DNA of 64,000 bases from Chthoniobacterales bacterium (GCA_036824855.1 DAISZK010000009.1:1296-65295), one strand, 5' to 3'; positions 1 to 11,231 are shown, counted from the stretch's first letter. Notes: generated from the sequence alone by a model not told the origin. Program-made: numbers and translations.

Positions 1-1
1 T

Positions 2-94
<93 letters not shown>

Positions 95-111
95 AAACTA
101 AGATCACTCTC

Positions 112-161
112 GAGGGCAGGTAAAGCAGGTGCATTCCTGACTTTCCTGCCCTCTTTCTTTT
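112..161 (+). terminator. Intrinsic terminator-like hairpin between gap and pgk
   Basis: GAGGGCAGG..CAGG-tgcatt-CCTG..CCTGCCCTC stem followed by TTTCTTTT. Confidence 0.65.
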
Positions 162-190
162 CACCAACACACTCCAACTTCCCAATCACC

Positions 191-1438
191 ATGGCTAAAA
201 AAACAATCAAGGACCTCTCCCTCGCCGGTAAACGCGTCTTCATCCGCGTCGACTTCAATGTCCCTCAGGACAAGCAGACTGGCGAAATCACCAATACCCA
301 GCGCATCACCGCGGCATTGCCCACCATCCAGCATGCGCTGGATCAGGGAGCCTCGGTCGTTCTTGCAAGCCATCTCGGACGCCCCAATGGTGAGCGCGTC
401 GCCAAGTACACCCTCAAGCCTGTTGCCGAAAAACTCCAGGAGCTCCTTGGTCGTCCCGTGACTTTCCTGAACGATTGCGTCGGATCCGAGGTCGAGGCTG
501 CGTGCGCTGCGCTCAAACCAGGTGAAGTCATCCTGCTCGAGAACGTCCGCTTCCACATTGAGGAGGAGGGCAAGGCGAAGAATTCAGAGGGAAATAGCGT
601 AAAAGCTGATCCAGCCAAGGTCGCCGTCTTCCGCGCCAGCCTCAGCAAGCTTGCTGACGTCTATGTGAACGACGCCTTCGGGACCTCCCACCGCGCACAC
701 TCCAGCGTCACTGGGGTCGATCTTCCTGACAAGGTTGCCGGATTCCTGGTCGAGAAGGAACTGGGCGCATTCGCAGCCGTCCTTGAGAATCCTAAGCGCC
801 CCCTGCTTGCGATCCTCGGTGGCGCCAAGATCGCCGACAAGATCCCCCTCATCCGCAACCTCGTGGAGAAGGCTGACGACATCATCATCGGCGGCGGCAT
901 GGCCTACACCTTCCTGAAGGTACTCAATGGTATGCAGATTGGTAACAGCCTCTATGATCCGGCCGGTGCCGAGATCGTGGCGGAACTTGTTGCCAAGGCG
1001 AAGGAGAAGGGTGTAAGTATCCACCTCCCCGTTGACTTCATCACTGGAGATGCCTTCTCCCCAACAGCCAACACTGGCACGGCCACCGTCGAGAGCGGAA
1101 TCCCCGATGGCTGGGAGGGATTCGATTGCGGTCCAAAGACACGCGAGCTTTTTGCCAAGGTCATCGCCTCCGCAAAGACCATCGTCTGGAACGGCCCCTG
1201 CGGCGTCTTCGAGTTCGACATCTTCGCCGAGGGAACCAAGTCCATGGCTGAGGCCGTCGCTGCTGCCACAGCTGCAGGGGCCATCACCATCGTCGGTGGA
1301 GGTGACACGGCGACAGCCGCCAAGAAATTCGGCGTCATCGACAAGGTCACCCATGCCTCCACGGGGGGCGGCGCATCCCTGGAGCTCCTCGAAGGAAAGA
1401 CTCTTCCCGGAGTTGCCTCACTCGACGATAAGGCCTAA
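191..1438 (+). CDS. pgk: Phosphoglycerate kinase
   Basis: [54 protein letters not shown] motifs. Confidence 0.99.
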   Translation: MAKKTIKDLSLAGKRVFIRVDFNVPQDKQTGEITNTQRITAALPTIQHALDQGASVVLASHLGRPNGERVAKYTLKPVAEKLQELLGRPVTFLNDCVGSEVEAACAALKPGEVILLENVRFHIEEEGKAKNSEGNSVKADPAKVAVFRASLSKLADVYVNDAFGTSHRAHSSVTGVDLPDKVAGFLVEKELGAFAAVLENPKRPLLAILGGAKIADKIPLIRNLVEKADDIIIGGGMAYTFLKVLNGMQIGNSLYDPAGAEIVAELVAKAKEKGVSIHLPVDFITGDAFSPTANTGTATVESGIPDGWEGFDCGPKTRELFAKVIASAKTIVWNGPCGVFEFDIFAEGTKSMAEAVAAATAAGAITIVGGGDTATAAKKFGVIDKVTHASTGGGASLELLEGKTLPGVASLDDKA

Positions 1439-1452
1439 TCTCACGAATTACT

Positions 1453-2229
1453 ATGGCACTCCCACGCAAGAAATTCGTTGCAGGTAACTGGAAGATGAAC
1501 ATGACCTCCTCGGAGGTCGCTCCTTATCTGGAGGTTTTCCGTCAGGAGACTGAAAAGGTCAACAACGTCGATATCGCCATCATCCCCCCCTTCACGGCCC
1601 TCGCCAAGGCCTCAGAGATCTTGGGGGGTTCCCAGAAGATCCGGCTTGGCGCGCAGAACATGTCCCCGGAGGCCAAGGGGGCCTACACCGGCGAGATCTC
1701 GGCGGCGATGCTTCGCGATCTCTTCGTACGCTTCGTACTGGTAGGTCATAGCGAACGCCGCCGCCTCTTCGGCGAGACCGATGAGCTCGTGCACCGCAAG
1801 GTCGTGACCGCTCTTCATTCCGAGCTTCGACCCATCCTCTGTATTGGTGAGACACTTGAAGAGCGACAGGCTGGTCAGGAAAAAGCTATACTTGAAGCTC
1901 AGCTTCAAGGGGCGCTGAAAGGACTGACCACGGAACAGCTTGAAGAGGTCGTGATCGCTTACGAGCCCGTCTGGGCAATCGGCACGGGACTCACCGCCAC
2001 TCCTGCTCAGGCTCAGGAGGCTCATCTCTTCATCCGCGACTATCTGAAGACTACGGCCGGAACTGAAATTGCCGATAAGACCCGCATTCTCTACGGGGGA
2101 AGCGTGACTGCGGATAATGCCCGCGAACTCCTCACCCAGCCCGATATCGACGGCGCCCTGGTGGGGGGTGCTAGCCTAGATCCCCGCAGCTTTGCAGAGA
2201 TTGTGGTGGCGGCGGTTCCTGTGGAATAA
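1453..2229 (+). CDS. tpiA: Triosephosphate isomerase
   Basis: AGNWKMN, GHSERR, IAYEPVWAIGTG, LYGGSV, LVGGASL motifs. Confidence 0.99.
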   Translation: MALPRKKFVAGNWKMNMTSSEVAPYLEVFRQETEKVNNVDIAIIPPFTALAKASEILGGSQKIRLGAQNMSPEAKGAYTGEISAAMLRDLFVRFVLVGHSERRRLFGETDELVHRKVVTALHSELRPILCIGETLEERQAGQEKAILEAQLQGALKGLTTEQLEEVVIAYEPVWAIGTGLTATPAQAQEAHLFIRDYLKTTAGTEIADKTRILYGGSVTADNARELLTQPDIDGALVGGASLDPRSFAEIVVAAVPVE

Positions 2230-2270
2230 ATAGTTATTTTTTAGCGCAAAGCCTCAGGGTTGGGGGACTT

Positions 2271-2307
2271 AAAGCCGTTTGGTGATTTGATTCATCAAAC
2301 GGCTTTT
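2271..2307 (+). terminator. Intrinsic terminator after tpiA
   Basis: AAAGCCGTTTGGTGA-tttgat-TCATCAAACGGCTTTT stem-loop. Confidence 0.75.
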
Positions 2308-2340
2308 CCTTCATAATTCATCATTTTGCCTTCATCCTTT
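2303..2340. repeat. Degenerate heptamer tandem repeat, TTCATCC/TTTTGCC family
   Basis: TTCATAA TTCATCA TTTTGCC TTCATCC in 7-nt register. Confidence 0.75.
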
Positions 2341-2347
2341 CGGGATC

Positions 2348-3253
2348 ATGCTTCGTCGCCTCGCTTCACTCCCCGTGGTGTTGTTCTGCGTGGTGACGAT
2401 CACTTTTTTTTTGATCAGACTCTCCCCGGGCGGACCCTTTGATACTGAGCGGAAAATCCCGGAAGCCATCGAGAAGCAGCTTCTGGCAAAGTACAAGCTG
2501 GATGGTCCGCTTCTGGATCAATATGGCGGTTATCTCAAGGATCTGATCCATGGAGATCTCCGTCTCTCGACCAAGTACCGAAACCGCTCGGTCAACGAGA
2601 TCCTCACCCAGACACTCCCTGTTACCTTGACCCTCGGTGCCACGGCACTACTGATTGCCGTCACCATCGGCGTCTGGTTGGGTGCCTTTGCGGCGGCGCG
2701 ACCGGGAACATTTTCAGAAACGGGAGCCCTTGCAATGACGCTGCTGGCAATTTCCCTCCCCTCCTTTGTACTAGGACCTCTCCTCATCCTGATCTTTGCG
2801 ATCAAGCTGGCTTGGCTGCCCGTCGGTGGCTGGGGTACCCCGCTGCAGCTCATTCTGCCATCCGTGACGCTGGCGATTCCCTACGCAGCAGTGATCGCAC
2901 GTCTGCTCCATGACAGCCTGAGGGAGACACTAGCAGAGGATTTCGTTCGCACGGCTCGGGCAAAGGGCCTCTCCGAACGCTCGGTGGTCTACCGCCATGC
3001 TCTCCGCGTTGCGATCTTGCCGGTAATTTCCTATCTCGGCCCCCTAGCGGCCAACCTCCTCACAGGGTCCATTGTTGTGGAGACGATCTTTCACATTCCC
3101 GGAGCAGGGGGATTCTTTGTCAATTCGATCCTTAACCGTGACGGCTTCTTGCTCGGTGGAGTCGTCATCGTCTACTGCGTACTCTTGGTGATCTTCAACC
3201 TGCTGGTGGATCTTTCCTACCGCTTGCTTGACCGGAGGATCCGGGAATCATGA
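2348..3253 (+). CDS. oppB: Oligopeptide ABC transporter permease (OppB/DppB family)
   Basis: SPGGPF N-terminus, EDFVRTARAKGLS EAA loop, GSIVVETIF, multiple TM helices. Confidence 0.92.
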   Translation: MLRRLASLPVVLFCVVTITFFLIRLSPGGPFDTERKIPEAIEKQLLAKYKLDGPLLDQYGGYLKDLIHGDLRLSTKYRNRSVNEILTQTLPVTLTLGATALLIAVTIGVWLGAFAAARPGTFSETGALAMTLLAISLPSFVLGPLLILIFAIKLAWLPVGGWGTPLQLILPSVTLAIPYAAVIARLLHDSLRETLAEDFVRTARAKGLSERSVVYRHALRVAILPVISYLGPLAANLLTGSIVVETIFHIPGAGGFFVNSILNRDGFLLGGVVIVYCVLLVIFNLLVDLSYRLLDRRIRES

Positions 3254-4122
3254 TTTACCAACTCCCCAAGAGAGCCAGATTTCCGGCTATCATTCTCTCC
3301 GGAATGATCCTTACCGTCCTACTTGGCCCCTTTCTTTTTCCCCATGTCTACGACCTGCCTGGAGACCAGACCTATGCACCTCCCAGTCTCAGCCATCTTT
3401 GCGGAACCGATCTCAATGGTCGTGATCTGCTGCTGAGAATCCTTGAGGGCGGCCGCATTTCATTGCTTGTCGGGATTTGCGGCGCGGCGATCAGCCTCCT
3501 GATCGGCACCACCTACGGCCTCATCGCCGGATCTTCCGGCCGGGGAGTCGATAACTCGATGATGCGCTTCGTTGATATTCTCTACTCTGTCCCGCGCTTG
3601 ATCTTCATCCTGATCTTTATCAATGCCTTCAATGAGAGGCTTCAACTCATGGCGAGCAACCATGGCTGGGATTGGTTGGTGGGCTCTTCACGACTGGTGA
3701 TCCTGATTGTGAGTCTCGGGATCATTGAGTGGCTAACGATGGCCCGGATCGTGCGGGGACAGACCCTCACCTTAAGGGAGCGTTCCTATGTTGCGGCTGC
3801 TCGGGTCCTAGGTGAGGGGTATTGGACCATCCTCTGGCGCCACCTGCTTCCTAACCTTGCTGGAATCATCCTTGTTTACCTAACCCTGGCAGTTCCCTCC
3901 GTTATCATTGATGAGGCCTTCCTGAGCTTCCTGGGGCTCGGAGTTCAGGCTCCCCAGTCCAGCTGGGGCTCGCTGCTAGCTGAGGGGGCCTCCGCCATCA
4001 ATCCCCTCAAGGGAGCCTGGTGGCTCATCCTCTTCCCCTCGATCGCCCTGCTGACAACGCTTCTGGCTCTCTACAGCCTCGGCGACGCCCTACGCCGCAG
4101 TATTGGGGCAAAGGGGGGCTGA
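3250..4122 (+). CDS. oppC: Oligopeptide ABC transporter permease (OppC/DppC family)
   Basis: GTDLNGRDL, GGRISL, ARIVRGQ, EAFLSFLGLGV..P..SWG; ATGA overlap with oppB. Confidence 0.92.
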   Translation: MIYQLPKRARFPAIILSGMILTVLLGPFLFPHVYDLPGDQTYAPPSLSHLCGTDLNGRDLLLRILEGGRISLLVGICGAAISLLIGTTYGLIAGSSGRGVDNSMMRFVDILYSVPRLIFILIFINAFNERLQLMASNHGWDWLVGSSRLVILIVSLGIIEWLTMARIVRGQTLTLRERSYVAAARVLGEGYWTILWRHLLPNLAGIILVYLTLAVPSVIIDEAFLSFLGLGVQAPQSSWGSLLAEGASAINPLKGAWWLILFPSIALLTTLLALYSLGDALRRSIGAKGG

Positions 4123-4135
4123 GAAGGAGGTTGTT

Positions 4136-4163
4136 AGACTGAAGGCTGAAGACTGTTAGGAAA
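4136..4163. repeat. Heptamer repeat, AGGCTGA family (copy 1)
   Basis: AGACTGA AGGCTGA AGACTGT TAGG; near-identical to 37376-37403. Confidence 0.7.
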
Positions 4164-4189
4164 GAATCCAGACCATATTCTTTGAATTA

Positions 4190-4224
4190 TTTTTCATTTT
4201 TCCTTCTTCATTTTGCCTTTCCAC
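4190..4224. repeat. Heptamer repeat, TTCTTCA/TTTTGCC family
   Basis: TTTTTCA TTTTTCC TTCTTCA TTTTGCC. Confidence 0.75.
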
Positions 4225-4246
4225 CTGAAAAAGTCACGATAGAAAC

Positions 4247-5560
4247 ATGAGTGAAGCCGCCGCACGATCGATCGTTGAGCGCCTGCGTGCCAAGGGGTTC
4301 GAGGCTCTTTATGCGGGGGGGTGCGTGCGTGACAAACTCCTAGGCTTGGAGCCCCACGATTATGATGTGGCGACCAGTGCTCGCCCCGAACAAGTGGAAG
4401 CGCTCTTTCCGCGAACAGTGCCTGTCGGCGCTCAGTTCGGCGTGATTATCGTTCTGGAGGGGGGCTCGGAAATCCAGGTTGCCACCTTCCGCGGAGATGG
4501 TGCGTATCTTGATGGCCGCCATCCCGAGAACGTTCATTACACGGATGCCGAAGGGGATGCCCGTCGACGGGATTTCACCATCAACGGGCTTTTTTATGAC
4601 CCTATCAAGGATGAGATTCTTGATTTCGTTGGAGGCCGCGATGATCTGAAGAAGAGCGTGATCCAGGCCATTGGGAATCCCTCGGAACGCTTTGCCGAGG
4701 ATAAGCTTCGCCTGCTCCGGGCTGTCCGTTTCGCGACGACACTTGGATTCTCGATCGATTCAGAAACTTGGAGCGCCCTCTTGGAATGGGCTCCTGAACT
4801 CCATGCCGTCAGCGCCGAGAGAATCAGGGACGAATTCTGCAAGATTCTTCTTTCTCCGAATCGCCTGCGGGGATTCGATCTGCTTGATCAGAGCGGCCTT
4901 TTACGGATGATTCTGCCCGAGATGGAAACCCTCAAAGGGTGCGATCAACCGCCGGAGTTCCATCCGGAGGGTGATGTCTTCGTCCACACGCGCCTCATGC
5001 TCTCTCTGCTCCCAGAGAGGGTATCGCTACCCCTTGTTCTCTCGGTGCTTTTTCATGACTTGGGCAAACCTCCGACGCGAATGGTCGATGAGACCGGACG
5101 CATCCGGTTTAATGGTCACGAGGGAGTCAGTGCCGAGATGAGCCTGCGAATCCTGCAGCGTCTTCGCTTTTCGAATGAAGTGATCGATGCGGTCCTGCCT
5201 GCCGTGCGCCTTCACATGAGTTTCAAGGATGTCCCGAATATGCGTGTTGCTACTCTGAAGCGAATGATGGCACGCCCCACCTTCGACGATGAACTCGAAC
5301 TCCATCGTGTCGATTGCCTTGGCAGCCATGGCATGCTCGATAACCACGCACTACTGATCGCCAAGCGCGAAGAGTTCTCCCATCAACCACTCATCCCCCC
5401 TCCCCTGATCACGGGGAACGACCTCATTGCTCTTGGATGGAAACCGGGGCCCAAATTCGCGGAAATCCTCCAAGCCGTTCAGACTCGTCAATTGGAGGGA
5501 ATCTTAACCTCCAAACAGGAGGTTTTAGAATGGATTAGAATTAACAATCTTTCACTTTGA
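4247..5560 (+). CDS. cca: CCA tRNA nucleotidyltransferase with HD domain
   Basis: GGCVRD, DYDVAT, RRDFTING, EDKLRLLRAVRF, ERIRDE, then HPEGDVFVHT..LFHDLGK HD domain. Confidence 0.93.
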   Translation: MSEAAARSIVERLRAKGFEALYAGGCVRDKLLGLEPHDYDVATSARPEQVEALFPRTVPVGAQFGVIIVLEGGSEIQVATFRGDGAYLDGRHPENVHYTDAEGDARRRDFTINGLFYDPIKDEILDFVGGRDDLKKSVIQAIGNPSERFAEDKLRLLRAVRFATTLGFSIDSETWSALLEWAPELHAVSAERIRDEFCKILLSPNRLRGFDLLDQSGLLRMILPEMETLKGCDQPPEFHPEGDVFVHTRLMLSLLPERVSLPLVLSVLFHDLGKPPTRMVDETGRIRFNGHEGVSAEMSLRILQRLRFSNEVIDAVLPAVRLHMSFKDVPNMRVATLKRMMARPTFDDELELHRVDCLGSHGMLDNHALLIAKREEFSHQPLIPPPLITGNDLIALGWKPGPKFAEILQAVQTRQLEGILTSKQEVLEWIRINNLSL

Positions 5561-5604
5561 CAGCTCCTAAGTCAGAACTAGTTTTATGTTATCATTTTCC
5601 TTTC

Positions 5605-8247
5605 ATGAAAAAATCCTTAGTAGCAGTTATCTATTTGCTCATCACCGCAATCTCGGGAGCGGCCAACTCCTTGCTTACAAATTTACCTTTTGCTGAACCG
5701 ATCACCCCAACGGCAGGAGCGACGATGACATTGCCGCTTGGCCAATACTGCAAGGTTGACCCGCTCTCAAGCACCAACCTGGTCTGGGTCTCCACGGATA
5801 CTCGATATGGTGGTTTTCTTATTGAGTTGCTTCCCACGAATGCACCTAAAACAGTTGCCAATTTTCTATCTTACGTTCGCGACGGAGCTTATGAAAGCAC
5901 GATTATCCATCGTTCGACTTCCTTGACGAATGATGGTTTAGCTGTCCTTCAGGCAGGTGGTTTCACTGCCGATCCCACCCTTTCGGCCATCCCCACCTTT
6001 GCCCCAATCACCAACGAATACTCACTACCTAACGTAGCAGGGACTATTGCGATGGCAAAACTTGGAGGAAATCCTAATAGCGCAACCTCCCAATGGTTCG
6101 TGAATGTCTCGGATAACAGTTTGACTCTAGGCTCCAACAATAACGGGGGATTCACGGTCTTTGCCAAAGTTCGTAGCAATGGAATGAGCAATGTGATTAA
6201 TCCCATTGCATCCCTCCAGACCTATAATCTCAACAGCTATAATGCTGCATTCACCCAAACTCCCCTCATGGGAGTGGCAAGTAATCAAACCTCACTCAAC
6301 TTGAGCAATCTGGTAACATTCACCAGAATCGCGCCTATTCCCTACTTCGCTTTTAGTTCCGATTCCGACGCCTTCCCTGCGGATATCGTTACCACCCCTT
6401 CATCAACGAACCTGATAGTGACTTTCCGTCATTATCCCACCAACAATCCGATCGCCGGTGTCAATGTCACATTTTCCGTGACTGACACAAACGGACACAA
6501 CCCCTCGGGCCTCTACAACTCGTTCAGCGGATCCACCAATGACACGGGGATCATTATCTATCCTACTACTCTGGGAAATCAGACCATCACCTTTCCCCCT
6601 ATTCCCCAGCAGGCATTGTCAAATGACATCACCACCATCACAACCAACCATGTGGGAGGCGTATCAAACTTCACAACAAACACTCGCACCAGCTTCACCA
6701 TCCCCACTTTCCCCTCGTCATCTGCAAATGTGCCGGTCATTCTTAAGATAGTCTCCGGACCGATCTGTGTGACGGCGAATACGAATCAGAAAACCGGGAT
6801 TCTTAGCGGCACACAGTTCAACCTCACAGGTACAGGTACAATTAGCCTCGTGGCTACAACTTACTCCAGTACTAATCCTGTGAATCTAGGTTATGTCCTC
6901 AGCGATGGGACACCTCTTGTAAATTATTATTATGTACCAGCTCCACCTGTGACAAATAGCTTCGTGGTAAAGGAATTTGCTCAGAGTATCACAGCCTTTC
7001 CGTCCCTTCTGAAGCAGCCGACCTATGGAGATCTCCCTTTCCAGATTTTGCTCCCAACCAGCACCTCGGGACTTCCAGTCACGGCAAGCGTGCTTTCGGG
7101 TTCTGCGTCCATCACCTCTAGCAATGGTGTCGCAACCATTACAGTAACTGGAGCAGGCTCAGTCACCTTGGCAGCAAATCAGGCTGGCAATGAACGATAC
7201 GCCTCTGCTCCCCAGGTGACCACTAGCTTCACTGTGGCAAAGTCTCCCCAGAGTATTTCCTTTCCCCAGAGCACGACGAATCTCTCGGTGGGTCAGACAG
7301 TCTCTCTAACGGCCACATCATCATCGAGTCTACCTGTCTCTTACTCCTTAGTCGGTGGAACGGCTACTCTCACAGGAAATTCTTTGAAGATCTCAGGACC
7401 GGGAACAGTTGCTGTCGTGGCGTCACAAGTTGGGAACAGCAACTACCTTGCTGCAACTCCCATCACGAACAACTACACGACCCGTTCCAACCAAACCATC
7501 TCGGCCTTCGGAACCATCACCAATCGTCCTTACTCTACCAATTCACAGACTATTGCAGTTCCTTCCTCCACCTCGAAACTCCCCGTCACCCTATCTGTGA
7601 AGTCTGGTCCGGCAACAGTTTCTACTTCCAATTCCATTATTCTCAACGGAGCGGGAACCTTAACGCTTCAGGCTGACCAAGCAGGTAACAGCAACTACTT
7701 CCCTGCCACTCCAGTCACCACCTCATTCGTTGTGTCTAAGGCAGCCCAGACAATCTCCCCCTTCACTGGGATTCCCACGAAACTTTCCAACGGAATGTCT
7801 TTCAGACTGACCAATCCCTCAGCCAGTTCAGACCTTACCAATAGCACTCCGATTGTCTCTGGCGTAGGGCGACTCTCAAATGGGATTGTGACACTCACCA
7901 ATGCTGGAATCTTGACCATTACCGCCACCAATGCAGGCAACAGCAATTATCTAGCAACATCCCTTACGACCAACATTCCTGTGTCAAAGGGTGCGCAGAT
8001 TATTAACTTCAATTTCCCTCCAACGTTAACAATTGGTACCACCAATACCCTTTCAGCAACAGCCTCATCAGGATTGCCTATAACTTATACTTTGAACCCC
8101 TCAGTGACGAATGTGCTGCTTACTTCAAATTCAATTATTGTACGATCTTTCTCAACCAACAGTTTCAAGGTGATAGCATCACAACTTGGAAATACTGGTT
8201 GGACAAACGCCACACCACTTACCAACTCGTTTTCCATCTCTCGCTAG
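5605..8247 (+). CDS. Secreted cyclophilin-type peptidyl-prolyl isomerase fused to six ~85-aa Ig-like repeats (Ser/Thr/Asn-rich surface protein)
   Basis: Signal peptide MKKSLVAVIYLLITAISGA (start moved from 5557 to ATG 5605); APKTVANFLSY, IIHRS, QAGG, GTIAMAK, ATSQWFVN, FTVFAKV cyclophilin motifs; repeats of QTI(S/T)F...S(S/G)LPV...G.G.....A.Q.GN.NY. Confidence 0.82.
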   Translation: MKKSLVAVIYLLITAISGAANSLLTNLPFAEPITPTAGATMTLPLGQYCKVDPLSSTNLVWVSTDTRYGGFLIELLPTNAPKTVANFLSYVRDGAYESTIIHRSTSLTNDGLAVLQAGGFTADPTLSAIPTFAPITNEYSLPNVAGTIAMAKLGGNPNSATSQWFVNVSDNSLTLGSNNNGGFTVFAKVRSNGMSNVINPIASLQTYNLNSYNAAFTQTPLMGVASNQTSLNLSNLVTFTRIAPIPYFAFSSDSDAFPADIVTTPSSTNLIVTFRHYPTNNPIAGVNVTFSVTDTNGHNPSGLYNSFSGSTNDTGIIIYPTTLGNQTITFPPIPQQALSNDITTITTNHVGGVSNFTTNTRTSFTIPTFPSSSANVPVILKIVSGPICVTANTNQKTGILSGTQFNLTGTGTISLVATTYSSTNPVNLGYVLSDGTPLVNYYYVPAPPVTNSFVVKEFAQSITAFPSLLKQPTYGDLPFQILLPTSTSGLPVTASVLSGSASITSSNGVATITVTGAGSVTLAANQAGNERYASAPQVTTSFTVAKSPQSISFPQSTTNLSVGQTVSLTATSSSSLPVSYSLVGGTATLTGNSLKISGPGTVAVVASQVGNSNYLAATPITNNYTTRSNQTISAFGTITNRPYSTNSQTIAVPSSTSKLPVTLSVKSGPATVSTSNSIILNGAGTLTLQADQAGNSNYFPATPVTTSFVVSKAAQTISPFTGIPTKLSNGMSFRLTNPSASSDLTNSTPIVSGVGRLSNGIVTLTNAGILTITATNAGNSNYLATSLTTNIPVSKGAQIINFNFPPTLTIGTTNTLSATASSGLPITYTLNPSVTNVLLTSNSIIVRSFSTNSFKVIASQLGNTGWTNATPLTNSFSISR

Positions 8248-8256
8248 AGAAGTAGA

Positions 8257-8331
8257 TGGTGGACAGTGAGGGGATCGAACCCCCGACCAACTCGGTGTAA
8301 GCGAGCCGCTCTACCGCTGAGCTAACTGTCC
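8257..8331 (-). tRNA. tRNA-Val(TAC) with encoded CCA
   Basis: Reverse complement GGACAGT-TAGCTCAGCGGTAGAGC-GGCTCG-CTTACAC-CGAGT-TGGTC-GGGGGTTCGATCCCCTC-ACTGTCC-ACCA folds as a cloverleaf. Confidence 0.97.
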
Positions 8332-8357
8332 TTAATAACTATCGGTTTCAGGAAGAA

Positions 8358-11231
8358 CTAGGCTTCCTGAACCGGCAAGCAACTACAGAAAATATTCCGA
8401 TCGCCGTAGACATTATCAACACGCGATACCGATGGCCAGAACTTATGATTCTTCAGCCATGGAGCGGGCCATGCGGCCTGGCTTCGGGAATAAGGCCTGA
8501 TCCATTCGTCTGAGGTGACGGTGAGGGCAGTATGAGGAGCACGCTTGAGGGGATTGTCTGCCTTATCAAGGTCACCCTTCTCAATCGAGGTCAACTCGCC
8601 ATGGATGGCGATCATGGCATCGCAGAAACGGTCTAACTCATCCTTCGACTCACTCTCGGTCGGCTCAATCATCAGCGTTCCTGGGACGGGCCAGCTCATA
8701 GTCGGAGCGTGGAATCCGTAATCCATCAGGCGCTTCGCCACATCCTCGACCTCGATACCAGCACGGGTCTTCCACTCGCGGAGGTCCAGAATGCACTCGT
8801 GAGCCACGGTTCCCTGTTCTCCCTTATAGAGAACAGGAAAATAAGCGTCGAGACGCTTGGCCATGTAGTTGGCATTGAGAATGGCAAGAGCACTAGCGGC
8901 AGCCAGTCCATCGGGCCCCATCATGCGGAGATACATCCAGCTGATCACACAGATGCTTGCACTCCCCCATGGGGCTGCACTGACTTCGGTGACAGCTTGG
9001 GAGCCTCCGGTCGGTATCACGGAATGCCCTGGCAGGAACGGGGCGAGATGTTCGACCACACCGATCGGCCCCACACCGGGACCTCCACCACCATGAGGGA
9101 TGCAGAAGGTCTTATGAAGATTGAGATGACAGACATCGGCTCCGATAGCTCCTGGACTGCAAAGGCCGACCTGGGCATTCATGTTGGCTCCATCCATGTA
9201 GACCTGACCTCCGGCCTCATGGATCATCGCACAGATCTCCTTGATCCGGGACTCGAAGACTCCATGCGTCGAAGGATAGGTGACCATGAGAGCCGAGAGA
9301 CGGTCACGATGAAGGTCGATCTTGGCCTTCAGATCAGCCACATCAACATTTCCGTCCGCATCACAGGCAACACCAACGATCTCCATGCCGGCCATGGCGG
9401 CGCTGGCAGGATTTGTCCCATGGGCGGAAACAGGGATGAGGCAGACGGTTCGGTTCAGATCGCCACGGGAACGGTGGTAGGCGCGAATGACGAGCAAGCC
9501 GGCGTATTCCCCCTGCGATCCGGCGTTCGGCTGGAGCGATACAGAATGAAATCCCGTAATCTCCGCAAGCCATTCCTCAAGCTGGCGGAACATCGCAGTA
9601 TACCCCTGGGCCTGCTCCGTGGGAACGAAGGGGTGAAGACCTCCGATGGTCTCCCAGGTGACCGGAAGCATCTCGGAGGTTGCATTCAGCTTCATGGTGC
9701 ATGATCCAAGCGGGATCATGGATGTGGTGAGCGAGAGATCCTTGGACTCAAGACGGCGCATGTAACGGAGCATCTCGGTCTCGGTATGGTAGCTGTTAAA
9801 GACGGGATGGGTAAGATATGCAGAGCTGCGACGCAGATCATCCGGTGTCTGCCAGGTGAGCGGATCGTTCTGAGGAGCACTCGATCCTTTGCCAAAAAGC
9901 TCGAGAAGGCGATCGATCGGACCAGAGGTTTCATCCAGCGAGATGGTCACGGCGGATTCACCGAGGAAACGGAGATTGATACCCTCCTTCTCAGCACGAG
10001 AGCGCAGGGAAGCGGACTCGGCGGGAGTGAGATTCACACGGACGGTGTCAAAGAACGGGGCATTACCCAAAGACCATCCTGCCTTGGAAAGTGAAGCCGC
10101 AAGCTTCAGTGCATGAAGGTGAATTTTCTCGGCGATCTCCCTGAGTCCCTTCGGACCATGATAGACGGCATACATCGAGGCGATCACGGCTAGCAGAACC
10201 TGTGCGGTGCAGATGTTGCTGGTCGCCTTCTCGCGACGTATATGCTGCTCCCTAGTCTGAAGTGTCAGGCGGTAAGCGGGATGACCGTCTGCGTCACGAG
10301 AGATACCGACGAGGCGTCCGGGGAGACGACGTTTGAACTCATCACGGACAGCCAGATAGGCGGCATGCGGTCCGCCATACCCCATGGGGACACCAAAACG
10401 CTGGGTGGAACCCACCACGATATCGGCCCCGAATTCTCCAGGTGGCTTCAGCAATACAAGAGCAAGAGGGTCACTGGCTACAATGGCGAGTCCACCTGCA
10501 GAATGGATCTTCGCTAAAGCAGAAGAGGGATCATGAATCGACCCATCGGTCGAAGGATACTGGAGGATGCCGCCACACAGCCCGGACTCCGGAATCTGGT
10601 CGACACTGCCCACGATCAACTCGATGCCGAGGGGCTCGGTGCGTGTACGGAGCAACGAAATTGTTTGAGGATGGCATCCCTCGGAAACAAAGAATCGCGG
10701 AGCGCTCTCATTCCTACCCTGCCCCTTGAGATCATGACACATCGCCATCGCCTCGGCGGCGGCTGTGGCCTCATCGAGCATCGAGGCATTGGCAATCGTC
10801 ATGCCGGTCAGGTCACAGACCATCGTCTGGAAATTCACGAGAGCCTCCATACGTCCCTGTGAAATCTCGGCTTGATAAGGGGTGTAGGCCGTGTACCAGC
10901 CTGGATTCTCAAGAATATTCCTGCGGATCACCGTCGGAAGGTGGGTTCCGTGATAACCCATTCCAAGATGATTGGTGCGAAGCTCGTTCTTAGCGGCGAT
11001 CTCACGGAGTTCAGCCAAAGCCTCCTCCTCGGTGGCTGCTGCAGGAATATTTAGGAAGGAACGAAGACGGATCTCCTCGGGAACCGTTTTTGAAATGAGC
11101 TCCTCAAGAGAGGCGCATTCCAATGTCTCCAGCATCACCTCAACATCCCTATTATGGGAACCGAGATGGCGACGAGAGAAACGACCGCGAATGAAAACCG
11201 AGTCCAGAAGATCAGAACCGATCGTACTCAT
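8358..11231 (-). CDS. gcvP: Glycine dehydrogenase (decarboxylating), P protein
   Basis: [67 protein letters not shown]. Confidence 0.99.
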   Translation of the reverse strand: MSTIGSDLLDSVFIRGRFSRRHLGSHNRDVEVMLETLECASLEELISKTVPEEIRLRSFLNIPAAATEEEALAELREIAAKNELRTNHLGMGYHGTHLPTVIRRNILENPGWYTAYTPYQAEISQGRMEALVNFQTMVCDLTGMTIANASMLDEATAAAEAMAMCHDLKGQGRNESAPRFFVSEGCHPQTISLLRTRTEPLGIELIVGSVDQIPESGLCGGILQYPSTDGSIHDPSSALAKIHSAGGLAIVASDPLALVLLKPPGEFGADIVVGSTQRFGVPMGYGGPHAAYLAVRDEFKRRLPGRLVGISRDADGHPAYRLTLQTREQHIRREKATSNICTAQVLLAVIASMYAVYHGPKGLREIAEKIHLHALKLAASLSKAGWSLGNAPFFDTVRVNLTPAESASLRSRAEKEGINLRFLGESAVTISLDETSGPIDRLLELFGKGSSAPQNDPLTWQTPDDLRRSSAYLTHPVFNSYHTETEMLRYMRRLESKDLSLTTSMIPLGSCTMKLNATSEMLPVTWETIGGLHPFVPTEQAQGYTAMFRQLEEWLAEITGFHSVSLQPNAGSQGEYAGLLVIRAYHRSRGDLNRTVCLIPVSAHGTNPASAAMAGMEIVGVACDADGNVDVADLKAKIDLHRDRLSALMVTYPSTHGVFESRIKEICAMIHEAGGQVYMDGANMNAQVGLCSPGAIGADVCHLNLHKTFCIPHGGGGPGVGPIGVVEHLAPFLPGHSVIPTGGSQAVTEVSAAPWGSASICVISWMYLRMMGPDGLAAASALAILNANYMAKRLDAYFPVLYKGEQGTVAHECILDLREWKTRAGIEVEDVAKRLMDYGFHAPTMSWPVPGTLMIEPTESESKDELDRFCDAMIAIHGELTSIEKGDLDKADNPLKRAPHTALTVTSDEWIRPYSRSQAAWPAPWLKNHKFWPSVSRVDNVYGDRNIFCSCLPVQEA

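Noticed and set aside
584-1354. 256-aa - strand ORF
   Set aside because: Antisense shadow of pgk
5500-5604. Possible att duplicate of tRNA-Val at the left side of the cyclophilin-repeat gene
   Set aside because: No match to the tRNA 3' end found by eye
8709-9704. 331-aa + strand ORF
   Set aside because: Antisense shadow of gcvP; no motifs, explained by codon bias
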